A stretch of 64,000 bases of DNA. Origin: Longilinea sp. (lineage in GTDB: Bacteria; Chloroflexota; Anaerolineae; Anaerolineales; Anaerolineaceae). The notes beneath the pieces were generated by a model, which was not told where the DNA came from, made no database searches, and saw nothing but the letters and a program-made list of their open reading frames with translations. Within the stretch, counting starts at the first letter, position 1. Each line of letters starts with the position of its first letter. The position numbers and the translations under genes are program-made. The DNA is taken from positions 6,304-70,303 of the forward strand of contig JAGOFZ010000001.1 in the NCBI GenBank assembly GCA_017996955.1, read 5' to 3'. Shown here in pieces: positions 17,449-25,967 of this stretch.

Positions 17449-20091
17449 TTGCCTGCTTCAACCTCAAAACTTGCTTCACGCTTTTTGCTTGCCCTGGCCG
17501 TTTATCCGCTGGCTGCGTTGATTGCCCTGGCGCTTATCCCCGGCGATTCAAAAAATGCTTTCTTGCTGGGCTTTTCGCTCCAGCGTCTGCTTTTGATGGC
17601 AGTCGCCCTGGCTGGCGTGCTGATTTCAATCGCCCTGGCTGTATTGGCCGGGCGTAATGCCCGTCTCTGGCAGCGCCGCCTGGAGCCAATCTGGGGCCAC
17701 CTGTCTGTCAGCCGGTGGCTGCTGTGGCTGGCTGCGCTGCTGGCGGTGCAAGGGGTCGTGGCAGTCTTCCTGCCAGCTTACTGGCTGGGTCTGGGGCATG
17801 CCTATTATGAACGCCTGCGCCCTATCTTGATCTGGTTGGGCGCGGCCGGGTTGCAAATAGCCCTCAGCATCCAGATCACCCGCAGCGGCTGGCACGGTGC
17901 CGCCCTGTGGTCAGAAATCAAATCACTGCGCTCCATCTGGCGGGTTGCTGCAATTGCCTTTGGCGCTTTTACCTTGCTCTGGCTCCTGTCTGGTCTGACC
18001 GGCTGGGGCGCCCGCCCCGACATCCTGTGGAATGAAGCTGCCCCGCCTATCCTGGCAGTGCAGTTGGCGCTCAGTTTGCTGATTGCGCTGGTGTTGGGGG
18101 CCTTGCTCCGCCGGATAGAGCCGGTCCGCCGCCGGCGCGCTGAATGGTTCATTGCCCTGGCGCTCTGGGCGCTGGCAGTCTTTATCTGGGTTCGCGAACC
18201 CATGCCGCGCAGCTACTTTGCACCCGGTCCTTACCCACCCAACGATGTGTATTATCCCTATTCCGATGCGGCATCTTATGATGTCTCGGCGCAATATGTC
18301 CTGCTCGGACAGCCACTGGATTCTACCGCACCCAATGAAAAACCCGTCTATGGTGCCTTTCTGACGGTTTTACATCTGCTGGCAGGGCAGTCTTATGATC
18401 TGGTGACCCTCATTCAGGTCCTGGTTCTGGCGCTCTTCCCGGTGATTTTGTTCCGGCTGGGGCGCCACTTTCACCTTGAGGCTGGATTATTGGTTGCCTT
18501 GCTGGCGATCTTCAAAGAGCGCAATGCCATTGCCGCCACGCTGTCCATTCGAATTTCGCATAGCCGATTGCTGCTGACCGAGTTCCCGACGGCTCTTTTG
18601 GTTGCCCTCATTTGCTGGCTCCTGGTGGAATACCTTGCCGCCCCAGATCGCCGCCGCCTGCTCCCCCTGGCCATCGGCGGCTGGCTGGGCCTCGGCGCCA
18701 TGCTGCGGCTCAACCTGCTGGCCCTGGTGCCGATGATTATCATCTTGGTGGTGCTGGCTTTCTGGCGCCGCCCGCGGGCGGCCTGGCTTTTCAGCCTGAT
18801 TCTGATCGTGTCACTTACCATCCCGATGATCCCCTGGTCTGCCGCCACTTCGGCGCGCTGGGGGCAGCCTGCCTGGGTGATGAAGCTGAAGATGGTGTTG
18901 GATTCGCGGTACGCCGCGCCAACGGTAACCCCCACCGCCAACCCACAGCCGCAGGCAACGCCTCTGCCCGCGACGGAATCTCAGCCGGCGCCTGCATCCA
19001 CACCCACCCCCGTGGCAACGCCCGCTCCACAGCCGGCGCCGTTATCGCAGCAGAGCGAAATTTGCGCCGGAAAAACCGGTCTGGCAGAAATTCTTTGCTT
19101 TGCCCCGGCGCATTGGGCGCATAACAACCTGATGGCCATTCTGACTCTGCCGCATACCCTTGCCTGGGAAGATCTGCCGCACACCCTGCAGCGGGATTAC
19201 TGGCTGGATATCCGCTCCTGGAATGGACGCCTTGCCGCTGACGAGGCCATTTTGATGATTCTCAATTTAGCGCTGGTTACCCTGGGCATCGGCTTTGCCT
19301 GGCATCGCCGCCGTTGGGCTGGCCTCGCGCCGCTGGCCTTTATGCAGATTTATTTTGTTGCCAATGCTCTGGGGCGTACTTCCGGCGGGCGTTATCTGAC
19401 CCCCGTGGACTGGGTGGTTTATTTCTATGCTGCCCTGGGCTTGTTCTTGATTGTGGATTGGGTGCGGACGCTGCTAGGCTTCCCGGCTGCACCTGAAGAT
19501 TCTCGCCCAGCCGCACCGGCAGCCCGGCGCTTCCCCTGGCTTCCGGCCGCTGCGCTGCTCCTGGCTTTTTTGATCCCGGCTTTGGCGCTGCCTTTCATGC
19601 AGCGCGCCTTTCCAGCGCAGCTTACATCACCATCCCAATCAGATTTGCTGGATCGGCTGGATACCTCTGGGGCTCTTACACAAATAGACTTCTCGCCCCA
19701 GCAGGTGAGTGATTTCGCTGGCTCCCCCGAGGCCATACTGGTGACCGGTCGCGGCCTCTATCCCCGCTTTTATGGCATCAACCAGGGCGAACCGGATTCT
19801 CAGGCCACGCCCCAGTTCGCCGTGCGCCCATACCCGCGTCTGCTCTTCACCCTGTTGACTGCGCAGCAGCCTCGTGTGGTTGAGCTTCCCGTGAATGTGC
19901 CGCCCGAATGGATGCCCGACGCCGCTGACTGGATTGTGTTGGGCTGTCAGAACCTGACCAATCAACGCATTGATGCCATTGCACTCATCCAGTTGACGGA
20001 CCCCCCGCAGGTCATTCTGCGTTCCCCGGCAGCCGCCTTGACCTGCCCATTGCCAGAGCCGGTTTGCGATAACAACCGCAACTGCAAGTAA
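17449..20091 (+). CDS. Large polytopic membrane protein (possibly an ArnT/PMT-like glycosyltransferase) with a Pro/Thr-rich insertion
   Basis: 880 aa with more than 12 hydrophobic segments. TTG start preceded by GGGAGGG. A TGCTACAAT lies at 17416-17424. The function is inferred only from topology and neighbours. Confidence 0.55.
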   Translation: MPASTSKLASRFLLALAVYPLAALIALALIPGDSKNAFLLGFSLQRLLLMAVALAGVLISIALAVLAGRNARLWQRRLEPIWGHLSVSRWLLWLAALLAVQGVVAVFLPAYWLGLGHAYYERLRPILIWLGAAGLQIALSIQITRSGWHGAALWSEIKSLRSIWRVAAIAFGAFTLLWLLSGLTGWGARPDILWNEAAPPILAVQLALSLLIALVLGALLRRIEPVRRRRAEWFIALALWALAVFIWVREPMPRSYFAPGPYPPNDVYYPYSDAASYDVSAQYVLLGQPLDSTAPNEKPVYGAFLTVLHLLAGQSYDLVTLIQVLVLALFPVILFRLGRHFHLEAGLLVALLAIFKERNAIAATLSIRISHSRLLLTEFPTALLVALICWLLVEYLAAPDRRRLLPLAIGGWLGLGAMLRLNLLALVPMIIILVVLAFWRRPRAAWLFSLILIVSLTIPMIPWSAATSARWGQPAWVMKLKMVLDSRYAAPTVTPTANPQPQATPLPATESQPAPASTPTPVATPAPQPAPLSQQSEICAGKTGLAEILCFAPAHWAHNNLMAILTLPHTLAWEDLPHTLQRDYWLDIRSWNGRLAADEAILMILNLALVTLGIGFAWHRRRWAGLAPLAFMQIYFVANALGRTSGGRYLTPVDWVVYFYAALGLFLIVDWVRTLLGFPAAPEDSRPAAPAARRFPWLPAAALLLAFLIPALALPFMQRAFPAQLTSPSQSDLLDRLDTSGALTQIDFSPQQVSDFAGSPEAILVTGRGLYPRFYGINQGEPDSQATPQFAVRPYPRLLFTLLTAQQPRVVELPVNVPPEWMPDAADWIVLGCQNLTNQRIDAIALIQLTDPPQVILRSPAAALTCPLPEPVCDNNRNCK

Positions 20092-20092
20092 C

Positions 20093-21550
20093 TCACTTGG
20101 CGGATAATTGCCGCGTGGCGGCGGTCATCAACCCGAAGGTTAACCAGAGGTAGGGCAGGGCAAACGAGTCAATGCTCAAACCCTCGCCAAGCAACGCAAT
20201 CAACGCAAACTGTCCGGCCAATCCCAGTACCTGCAGCCGGCGGTCTGTGCTGCGTTCCAGCGCGGCCGCCGAAGCGCCTAAAACCACCAGCCAGCTCACA
20301 AACAGTGCAAAACCGATGATCCCCGTTTCTGCCAGCAGCCGGATCCACAGGCTCATCAGGTTTGGCAGCGCGGTTTGATAGTACAGCTTGTGCGGTTCGG
20401 CCATGGTCCACCCAAAGGGCGGCAGCCTCTCAGGGATGAAATACCCTGCATGATCCAACCCCACCCCCAATACCGGGTAACTGCCGAACACGTCCAGCCC
20501 CACCTGCCAGAAGATGGCCCGCTCGCCAAAAATCAACCCATGCGCCAGCTCATTGAAGTTGGGCTTATCTGCCAGCAGTGAAAACAGATCTGCCATGCGC
20601 GGGTCCAATCGGCTCATGCCATAGGCTGCGCCCCCTGCCAGCCCCAGGTAGATGAGTAACAGCGCCAGTATCAAACCCGCGTACAGTGCCCCCCGCAGGG
20701 CCTGGCGTTCCGCCGCGGCTGGCCAGCGCCGGGCAATCCGCTTGAGCAGCCAGCGCACCAGCCACAGATTGGCGCGCAGTAACAGCCAGGCAACCACCAG
20801 CAGGAAGCTTGCCAGTCCAATCCGTGAGAATGACAAACCCAGCACCAGCACACCCCCGGCCAGCAGCCAGGTTTCCAGCGGCAGACGTAAAATCCGAAAC
20901 GTGTGTGCTGAGGTGCGCCGCAGGGTGGCTGCCAGCCACAAAGGCAGATACAGCATATTCAACTGGTTTGCCAGCCAGGATGGTTCATAAGCCAGCCCGG
21001 TGACGCGCTTTTTGTAGAGAATGCCGCTGGCCGAGATGGCTTCCTGAATCCGCTGCATCCAGTCGGGGTACGTTTCAGGGTTCACCATGAAGGCCACCGC
21101 CTGAGCCAGCGACCACGCAATCAGAATGACCCCGCCCCAGTTGATCCAGCGCAGCAGCTTTTGCAGGCGACCGTCCGCTGCTGGCAGGCTGGCTGCAGCC
21201 AAATAAAAGCAGATCCCAATTGCCAGCGACAGCACTGCGGATAATTCATTGGTCAGCCGGTTGATATTCCGAAACGGGGGCAAATAAATGAAATAAGACA
21301 CAGCCCACGAAAGCAGAGCTGCCAGAGCAAACCACAGCAGCGGCAGGCTCTGGCGCGGCAGTGTGCCGCCTTTGATCCAGCGTGGCAGCAGCCAGGCGAG
21401 CATCAACACAGCCAGAATCAACGTGGCTGGCGGCGCCACCATCGTGCCGCCCATCAGACGGGCCGCCAGCGGCAGGCTGGTGATGGGTAGCAGCAGCGCC
21501 AGGGTCGCCCAGCCAAAATCCAGCAGGCGCTGGCGCAGGCGTTCAGACAC
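20093..21550 (-). CDS. O-antigen ligase/polymerase-like (Wzy_C-type) membrane protein
   Basis: A 485-aa polytopic protein with a large loop region. It lies in a context with Wzz-like and WecA-like genes. Confidence 0.6.
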   Translation of the reverse strand: MSERLRQRLLDFGWATLALLLPITSLPLAARLMGGTMVAPPATLILAVLMLAWLLPRWIKGGTLPRQSLPLLWFALAALLSWAVSYFIYLPPFRNINRLTNELSAVLSLAIGICFYLAAASLPAADGRLQKLLRWINWGGVILIAWSLAQAVAFMVNPETYPDWMQRIQEAISASGILYKKRVTGLAYEPSWLANQLNMLYLPLWLAATLRRTSAHTFRILRLPLETWLLAGGVLVLGLSFSRIGLASFLLVVAWLLLRANLWLVRWLLKRIARRWPAAAERQALRGALYAGLILALLLIYLGLAGGAAYGMSRLDPRMADLFSLLADKPNFNELAHGLIFGERAIFWQVGLDVFGSYPVLGVGLDHAGYFIPERLPPFGWTMAEPHKLYYQTALPNLMSLWIRLLAETGIIGFALFVSWLVVLGASAAALERSTDRRLQVLGLAGQFALIALLGEGLSIDSFALPYLWLTFGLMTAATRQLSAK

Positions 21551-22322
21551 GGCGCGGCCTCCAGGGTTGGAACAATAACCCCAGCGCGATCAGCAGCCCC
21601 AGCCCGGCTCCCGCCAGCATCAAATTGGTGCGGGCATAATGCAGCGGGCGGGTGGGCCGGCTGGCTTCTTGATTCAACGCATAATTGATCCCTGGAAACA
21701 ACCCCTGGGCCTCGGCGCGTGCGTCTTGGACCGCGGTGTTCAGCTCCACAATCTGATCTTGCAGCTCAGCAGCGGTCAATGGCGCACAGGCTGCCGATCC
21801 CTGTGGCTGCGATACATTGTATTGCCAGCAGGTGACCAGTGAGTCCAGGGCGCGCTGCTCCGCTTCCGCTAACCGCGCAGATTGGGCGGCCTCATCCAGC
21901 GCTGCCAGCGCTTCATCAGCCCACAGATTAGCCAGGTCTGCGGCGCGCTGCGGATCTTTATCCTGCACCCGGAAGACCCAGGATTGGGCTTTGCGCTCCA
22001 GCGTCAGCGGGCCAGAAAAAGCCGTCAACTCCAGGGGCCAGCCGCGCGCCGCCGCGGCATCCAAAACGGCCTGCCGTACCAGGGTTGAATCCATCACGTC
22101 CCCGGCGGTGTTGATGATCAAATCCAGCTCTTCATCGTCCACGCTGCCCACCTGTGCCGAATTGATGCCGGTCAGGATCTCGGCCTGCGCTTCATAAATG
22201 GGGGCGCTCAGCAAGCTGAAACCCCAGCCCAACAGCACCCCCGCCAGCATCAGCGCTGCAATGATGGGCCAACCGCGCAATGTTCGTTCAAGTGTCTGTC
22301 GTGGTGAAAAATCAGGTGTCAT
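21543..22322 (-). CDS. Wzz-like polysaccharide chain-length determinant protein
   Basis: N-terminal TM followed by APIYEAQAEI (a Wzz-type motif), a coiled periplasmic region and a C-terminal TM. There is an 8-nt overlap with the downstream gene. Confidence 0.6.
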   Translation of the reverse strand: MTPDFSPRQTLERTLRGWPIIAALMLAGVLLGWGFSLLSAPIYEAQAEILTGINSAQVGSVDDEELDLIINTAGDVMDSTLVRQAVLDAAAARGWPLELTAFSGPLTLERKAQSWVFRVQDKDPQRAADLANLWADEALAALDEAAQSARLAEAEQRALDSLVTCWQYNVSQPQGSAACAPLTAAELQDQIVELNTAVQDARAEAQGLFPGINYALNQEASRPTRPLHYARTNLMLAGAGLGLLIALGLLFQPWRPRRV

Positions 22323-22431
22323 GCCATCTATTATACTCGTTTCAATTCTCTCGCCTAAAAGCTGTTAGACGTTCATCATAATCTCATTCTGCTTGCTTGC
22401 CTTTTCCCCTAAATCTCGTTACAATACACTC

Positions 22432-23049
22432 ATGAATGTACCTTTTGGCCCGATCTTAATTGTTGAAGACAACCCCAACGTCCTTGAACTGTTAGAGGTT
22501 ACCCTCCGCTTCAAGGGCTATCCGGTTGTGACGGCTGTCAATGGGCAGGATGCGCTTGAAAAAGCAGCCAAAGAGCGCCCGGCATTGATCATTACTGATA
22601 TTTTAATGCCCCGCATGGATGGATATTCGCTGGCGCATAACATCCGTAAGAATCCCCTCACGGCCAAAATTCCTATCATCTTTATTTCTGCCACCTACAT
22701 TACACCTGAAGATAAAGCCTTTGCGCTCAGCCTGGGGGCGGTTCGATTTATTGAAAAACCGATTGACGCCGAAGACTTCTTGCTCACCGTGGCCGAAATT
22801 CTGACCCAGGGCATTGCCACAGTGCCGCGTCCAATGGAAGATACCAAGTTCTATCAGGGCTACCGCGAGCGCCTGGAAAACAAACTGCGCTATAAGAATA
22901 CGCAGATCGCCCGCACCGAGCGCCTGTTACAAAACCTGCCCCCCGAACAGAAACCCGCCTTTGAAGCGCTTCTGGCTCAGGCCATCCACGACCGCGACGA
23001 CATCCAGAATGAACTGGATCAGCTCTACCGCATCCTGGGGCAGCAGTAA
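22432..23049 (+). CDS. Response regulator (receiver domain plus C-terminal helical tail, no DNA-binding domain)
   Basis: ILIVEDNPNV, IITDILMPRMDG (phospho-acceptor Asp) and PIIFISA. The ATG at 22432 lies 6 nt after a TACAAT (22420-22425), with a TTGCCT 17 nt upstream. Confidence 0.85.
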   Translation: MNVPFGPILIVEDNPNVLELLEVTLRFKGYPVVTAVNGQDALEKAAKERPALIITDILMPRMDGYSLAHNIRKNPLTAKIPIIFISATYITPEDKAFALSLGAVRFIEKPIDAEDFLLTVAEILTQGIATVPRPMEDTKFYQGYRERLENKLRYKNTQIARTERLLQNLPPEQKPAFEALLAQAIHDRDDIQNELDQLYRILGQQ

Positions 23050-23069
23050 TCGCGACTTAATCCATCCCG

Positions 23070-23103
23070 CCTCCCGCCGGCCCCTGGCTTGCGGGAGGTT
23101 TTA
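23070..23103 (+). terminator. Intrinsic terminator after the response regulator gene
   Basis: Stem cctcccgc/gcgggagg (23070-23077 / 23091-23098) followed by tttta. Confidence 0.5.
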
Positions 23104-23125
23104 ATGAAAGCGACATCACTCTCTT

Positions 23126-23929
23126 ATGGCTTGTTCCAATCCCCCTGCACTTTCCGAAGTTATCGGTTGGGCCCGTCAGGCTGGCGCACTGCTTCAGGCT
23201 GGTCTGGGCAAAAAGCATACAATCGAATACAAAGGCCCCGTCAACCTGGTCACCGAAATGGATCAGGCTTCTGAGGCGCTGCTGATTGACCTGATCCGCA
23301 GCCGCTGCCCGGATCATAAAATCATCACCGAAGAAAGCGGCGCCCTGGCTGGCGCAGATGGCTGCTGCTGGTATATCGATCCCCTGGACGGCACCACCAA
23401 CTATGCGCATGGCCTGCCCATTTACGCGGTCTCGATTGGCTTTGTGGCCAACGGCATCCAGCAGTTGGGCGTGGTTTATGATCCCAGCCGGGATGAATGC
23501 TTCAGCGCGGAGCATGGCCGCGGCGCCTGGCTCAATGATCAGCCCATCCACGTGACCACCGAAACCGAGCTCCAGCACAGCCTGCTGGTAACGGGCTTCC
23601 CCTACAGCATTTTGACTTCAAATAACAACAATCTCGGCTACTTCAACCGCTTTTCGCTGCGCAGCCGGGCCGTACGCCGTCTGGGTTCCGCCGCGCTGGA
23701 TCTGTGCTATGTGGCCATGGGCCGCTTTGATGGCTACTGGGAACTGCTGCTCCAGAGCTGGGATATCGCTGCCGGGTCGCTCATCGCCGCTGAAGCCGGC
23801 GCACACCTCACCGACATGCAGGGCGGCCCCAATTTCATGTCTCCGCCCCATTCGTTAATTGTCGCCAATCCCGCCATCCACGCTCAAATGCTGTCCGTCA
23901 TTCAGGAAACACCCCTGGAAGTATTCTAA
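23126..23929 (+). CDS. suhB: Inositol monophosphatase family protein
   Basis: WYIDPLDGTTNYAHG and WDIAAG motifs, 267 aa. Confidence 0.85.
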   Translation: MACSNPPALSEVIGWARQAGALLQAGLGKKHTIEYKGPVNLVTEMDQASEALLIDLIRSRCPDHKIITEESGALAGADGCCWYIDPLDGTTNYAHGLPIYAVSIGFVANGIQQLGVVYDPSRDECFSAEHGRGAWLNDQPIHVTTETELQHSLLVTGFPYSILTSNNNNLGYFNRFSLRSRAVRRLGSAALDLCYVAMGRFDGYWELLLQSWDIAAGSLIAAEAGAHLTDMQGGPNFMSPPHSLIVANPAIHAQMLSVIQETPLEVF

Positions 23930-23951
23930 CAGGCCAGGATCAAGCAGGGGG

Positions 23952-24779
23952 TTACACCGCGTTGGCGTTTTGTTCAGCCGCTGCCGCCTCCCGGCGCCGG
24001 ATCTTTCCCCATACCATTACCAGCAGCCGCCCCACCCGCCAGAACGCCACCGCCGCCAGCCCATGCGCCAGCACCGCAAACAGCGGCGGGGTTTGCTGCG
24101 TGTAATACGTCCAGCAGTAGCGCGTGGTGCCCCACAGCTCCAAAAAATAACCCAATCCCGAGCCTGCCGCAAAGGTCAGCACGGCCAGCCGGTAATCGGT
24201 TGGCGAGAGCAGAATCAAGCCCACTGCCAGCAGTGCCAGAATGGTCAAAGACTTATCCAGCGTAGGCCACACAAAAATCCACATCAGCAGGTAAAATGCC
24301 CCAAACACCGGCCAGTAGATGCCCCGAAAGACCTTCTCCGGCCAACGGGCCGTCAACTGCTGAATCAGCCGCACCAACCGGTCAATGGATAGCGAGGCAA
24401 TCGGCCAGGCCGGGATGATCCACAACGGCGGGCGTTCCAGCGTAAAGTAGGTCCAGATATGCGTCTGAGTCCCCCAGCCCTCAATTGCCAGCCCACCGCA
24501 CATCCCCACGAATACAATCAGCGCATCAGTTCGCAGGTCAGCTTTAGCCATGATGAGCAGGCTCATCACCAGAAAAATGCCAATCAGCAGCCAGTCGAGC
24601 TGAACCCACACGGGGTAGCGCGGATCAAGCTGTGAAAAATAATCTACCACCAGCGGCCACCAGACGTAGATAATCAACAGCACAATCGCCACAAACCCGC
24701 TCATCAGCGCATAGCTGGTGCGGTTCCAGCCCAGCAGTTGGGGCAGGGTGCGGCGCGGGGTGGGGGCAGGTGCTTGCAT
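23952..24779 (-). CDS. Polytopic membrane protein, unknown function
   Basis: A 275-aa ORF with about 8 hydrophobic segments and W-rich loops. Confidence 0.5.
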   Translation of the reverse strand: MQAPAPTPRRTLPQLLGWNRTSYALMSGFVAIVLLIIYVWWPLVVDYFSQLDPRYPVWVQLDWLLIGIFLVMSLLIMAKADLRTDALIVFVGMCGGLAIEGWGTQTHIWTYFTLERPPLWIIPAWPIASLSIDRLVRLIQQLTARWPEKVFRGIYWPVFGAFYLLMWIFVWPTLDKSLTILALLAVGLILLSPTDYRLAVLTFAAGSGLGYFLELWGTTRYCWTYYTQQTPPLFAVLAHGLAAVAFWRVGRLLVMVWGKIRRREAAAAEQNANAV

Positions 24780-24821
24780 GTGGACTGGGGCCTATTATAA
24801 TGGACACAAAGGAAAAATCCC

Positions 24822-25868
24822 ATGAAACGCCTCTCAATCATTCTCCTGATTTTCACCCTGGTGCTTGCACTGACCAGTTGCACACCCACAACCACGCCGG
24901 TAACTCCGCTTCCATCAGATGCGCCTGACGCCGCCGAGCAGCCCGTCACCCTCATCCCGCTCAGCGGGCCGCTCGCCGCCGATAATGCTGAAATCTCCGG
25001 CCTGGCCTGGGCCTCAACAACCGCAGGTGATTATTTATTGCTTTTACCCCAGTACCCTGACCGCTTTGGTGATGTTATCTTTGCCCTGCCCAAAACCGAC
25101 CTGCTTGCCTTCCTGGACGGTCAGTCCTCCGAGCCGCTCGTTCCGCAGCCCATCCCCTTTGATGCGGCGGGCATTCCAGATCAGATTGACCGTTTTGAGG
25201 GGTACGAATCCGTCACCGTCTCGGGCAGTCAGGTCTATCTGACAATTGAGGCCCGTCCGGGTAATCAGTCCATGGCTTATCTGGTCACCGGGCAGTTGGC
25301 CGATGATTTGAGCCAGATCACCCTCGACAATCAATACCTCGCCGAAATCCCCACCCAGGCCGGCCTTGAAAACATGACCGATGAGGCGGTTCTCATCTGG
25401 CAGGAATCGGTGCTGACCTTCCACGAAGCCAACGGCGTCAATGTCAACCCGCAGCCCGTGGCCCACAGCTTTGACCCGCTGACCCTGCAGCCGCAGACCG
25501 ATGTGAGCTTCCCCAACATCGAATACCGCATTACCGATGTCGCCTTGCCCGACGAGTCCGGGCGGTTTTGGGCCATCAACTACTTTTTCCCCGGCGATAC
25601 CAAACTGAAGCCTGCCGATGATCCTCTGGTGGCGCGTTTTGGCGCAGGGCCCACCCATGCCGCTTCGCCAGTGGTTGAGCGCCTGGTGGAATTTGAATTA
25701 TCTGACGGCGCCATCACCCTGACCGACACCGCCCCAATTGCTTTGCAGCTCTTGCCCGATGAAGAGGCCCGCAACTGGGAGGGCCTGGCCTTGCTGGACG
25801 CGGACGGCTTCCTGCTGGCGACTGATAAATACCCCCACACCATCCTGGCTTTTGTCGCCCGGCCCTGA
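24822..25868 (+). CDS. Lipoprotein, unknown function
   Basis: Lipobox LALTSC followed by a PT-rich linker. 348 aa. Confidence 0.55.
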   Translation: MKRLSIILLIFTLVLALTSCTPTTTPVTPLPSDAPDAAEQPVTLIPLSGPLAADNAEISGLAWASTTAGDYLLLLPQYPDRFGDVIFALPKTDLLAFLDGQSSEPLVPQPIPFDAAGIPDQIDRFEGYESVTVSGSQVYLTIEARPGNQSMAYLVTGQLADDLSQITLDNQYLAEIPTQAGLENMTDEAVLIWQESVLTFHEANGVNVNPQPVAHSFDPLTLQPQTDVSFPNIEYRITDVALPDESGRFWAINYFFPGDTKLKPADDPLVARFGAGPTHAASPVVERLVEFELSDGAITLTDTAPIALQLLPDEEARNWEGLALLDADGFLLATDKYPHTILAFVARP

Positions 25869-25887
25869 ACTCGACTCGAATAAAAAA

Positions 25888-25919
25888 GGAGCGCAAGTTG
25901 GCTTGCGCTCCTTTGATTT
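25888..25919. terminator. Bidirectional intrinsic terminator between convergent genes
   Basis: Stem ggagcgcaag/cttgcgctcc with loop ttgg. It is flanked by aaaaaa upstream and tttgattt downstream. Confidence 0.65.
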
Positions 25920-25967
25920 AATGCCCTTCTGGATTTACAGCAGGGTTTTGACTGCAGGTTTCCAGCC

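Noticed and set aside
22393-22431. N-terminal extensions offered by the six-frame track. These are 22393 for the response regulator, 34324 for the lipoprotein, 35194 for the LysM protein, 38721 for the STAND protein, 54444 for gyrA, 47001 for the GNAT, 47953 for stomatin and 46366 for the SWIM protein.
   Set aside because: The extensions overlap upstream genes, cross terminator hairpins or promoter boxes, and encode Arg/Pro/Cys-rich junk. Internal starts give canonical N-termini (signal peptides, MTEIGLVQ..., MSFELPVILFTD...).
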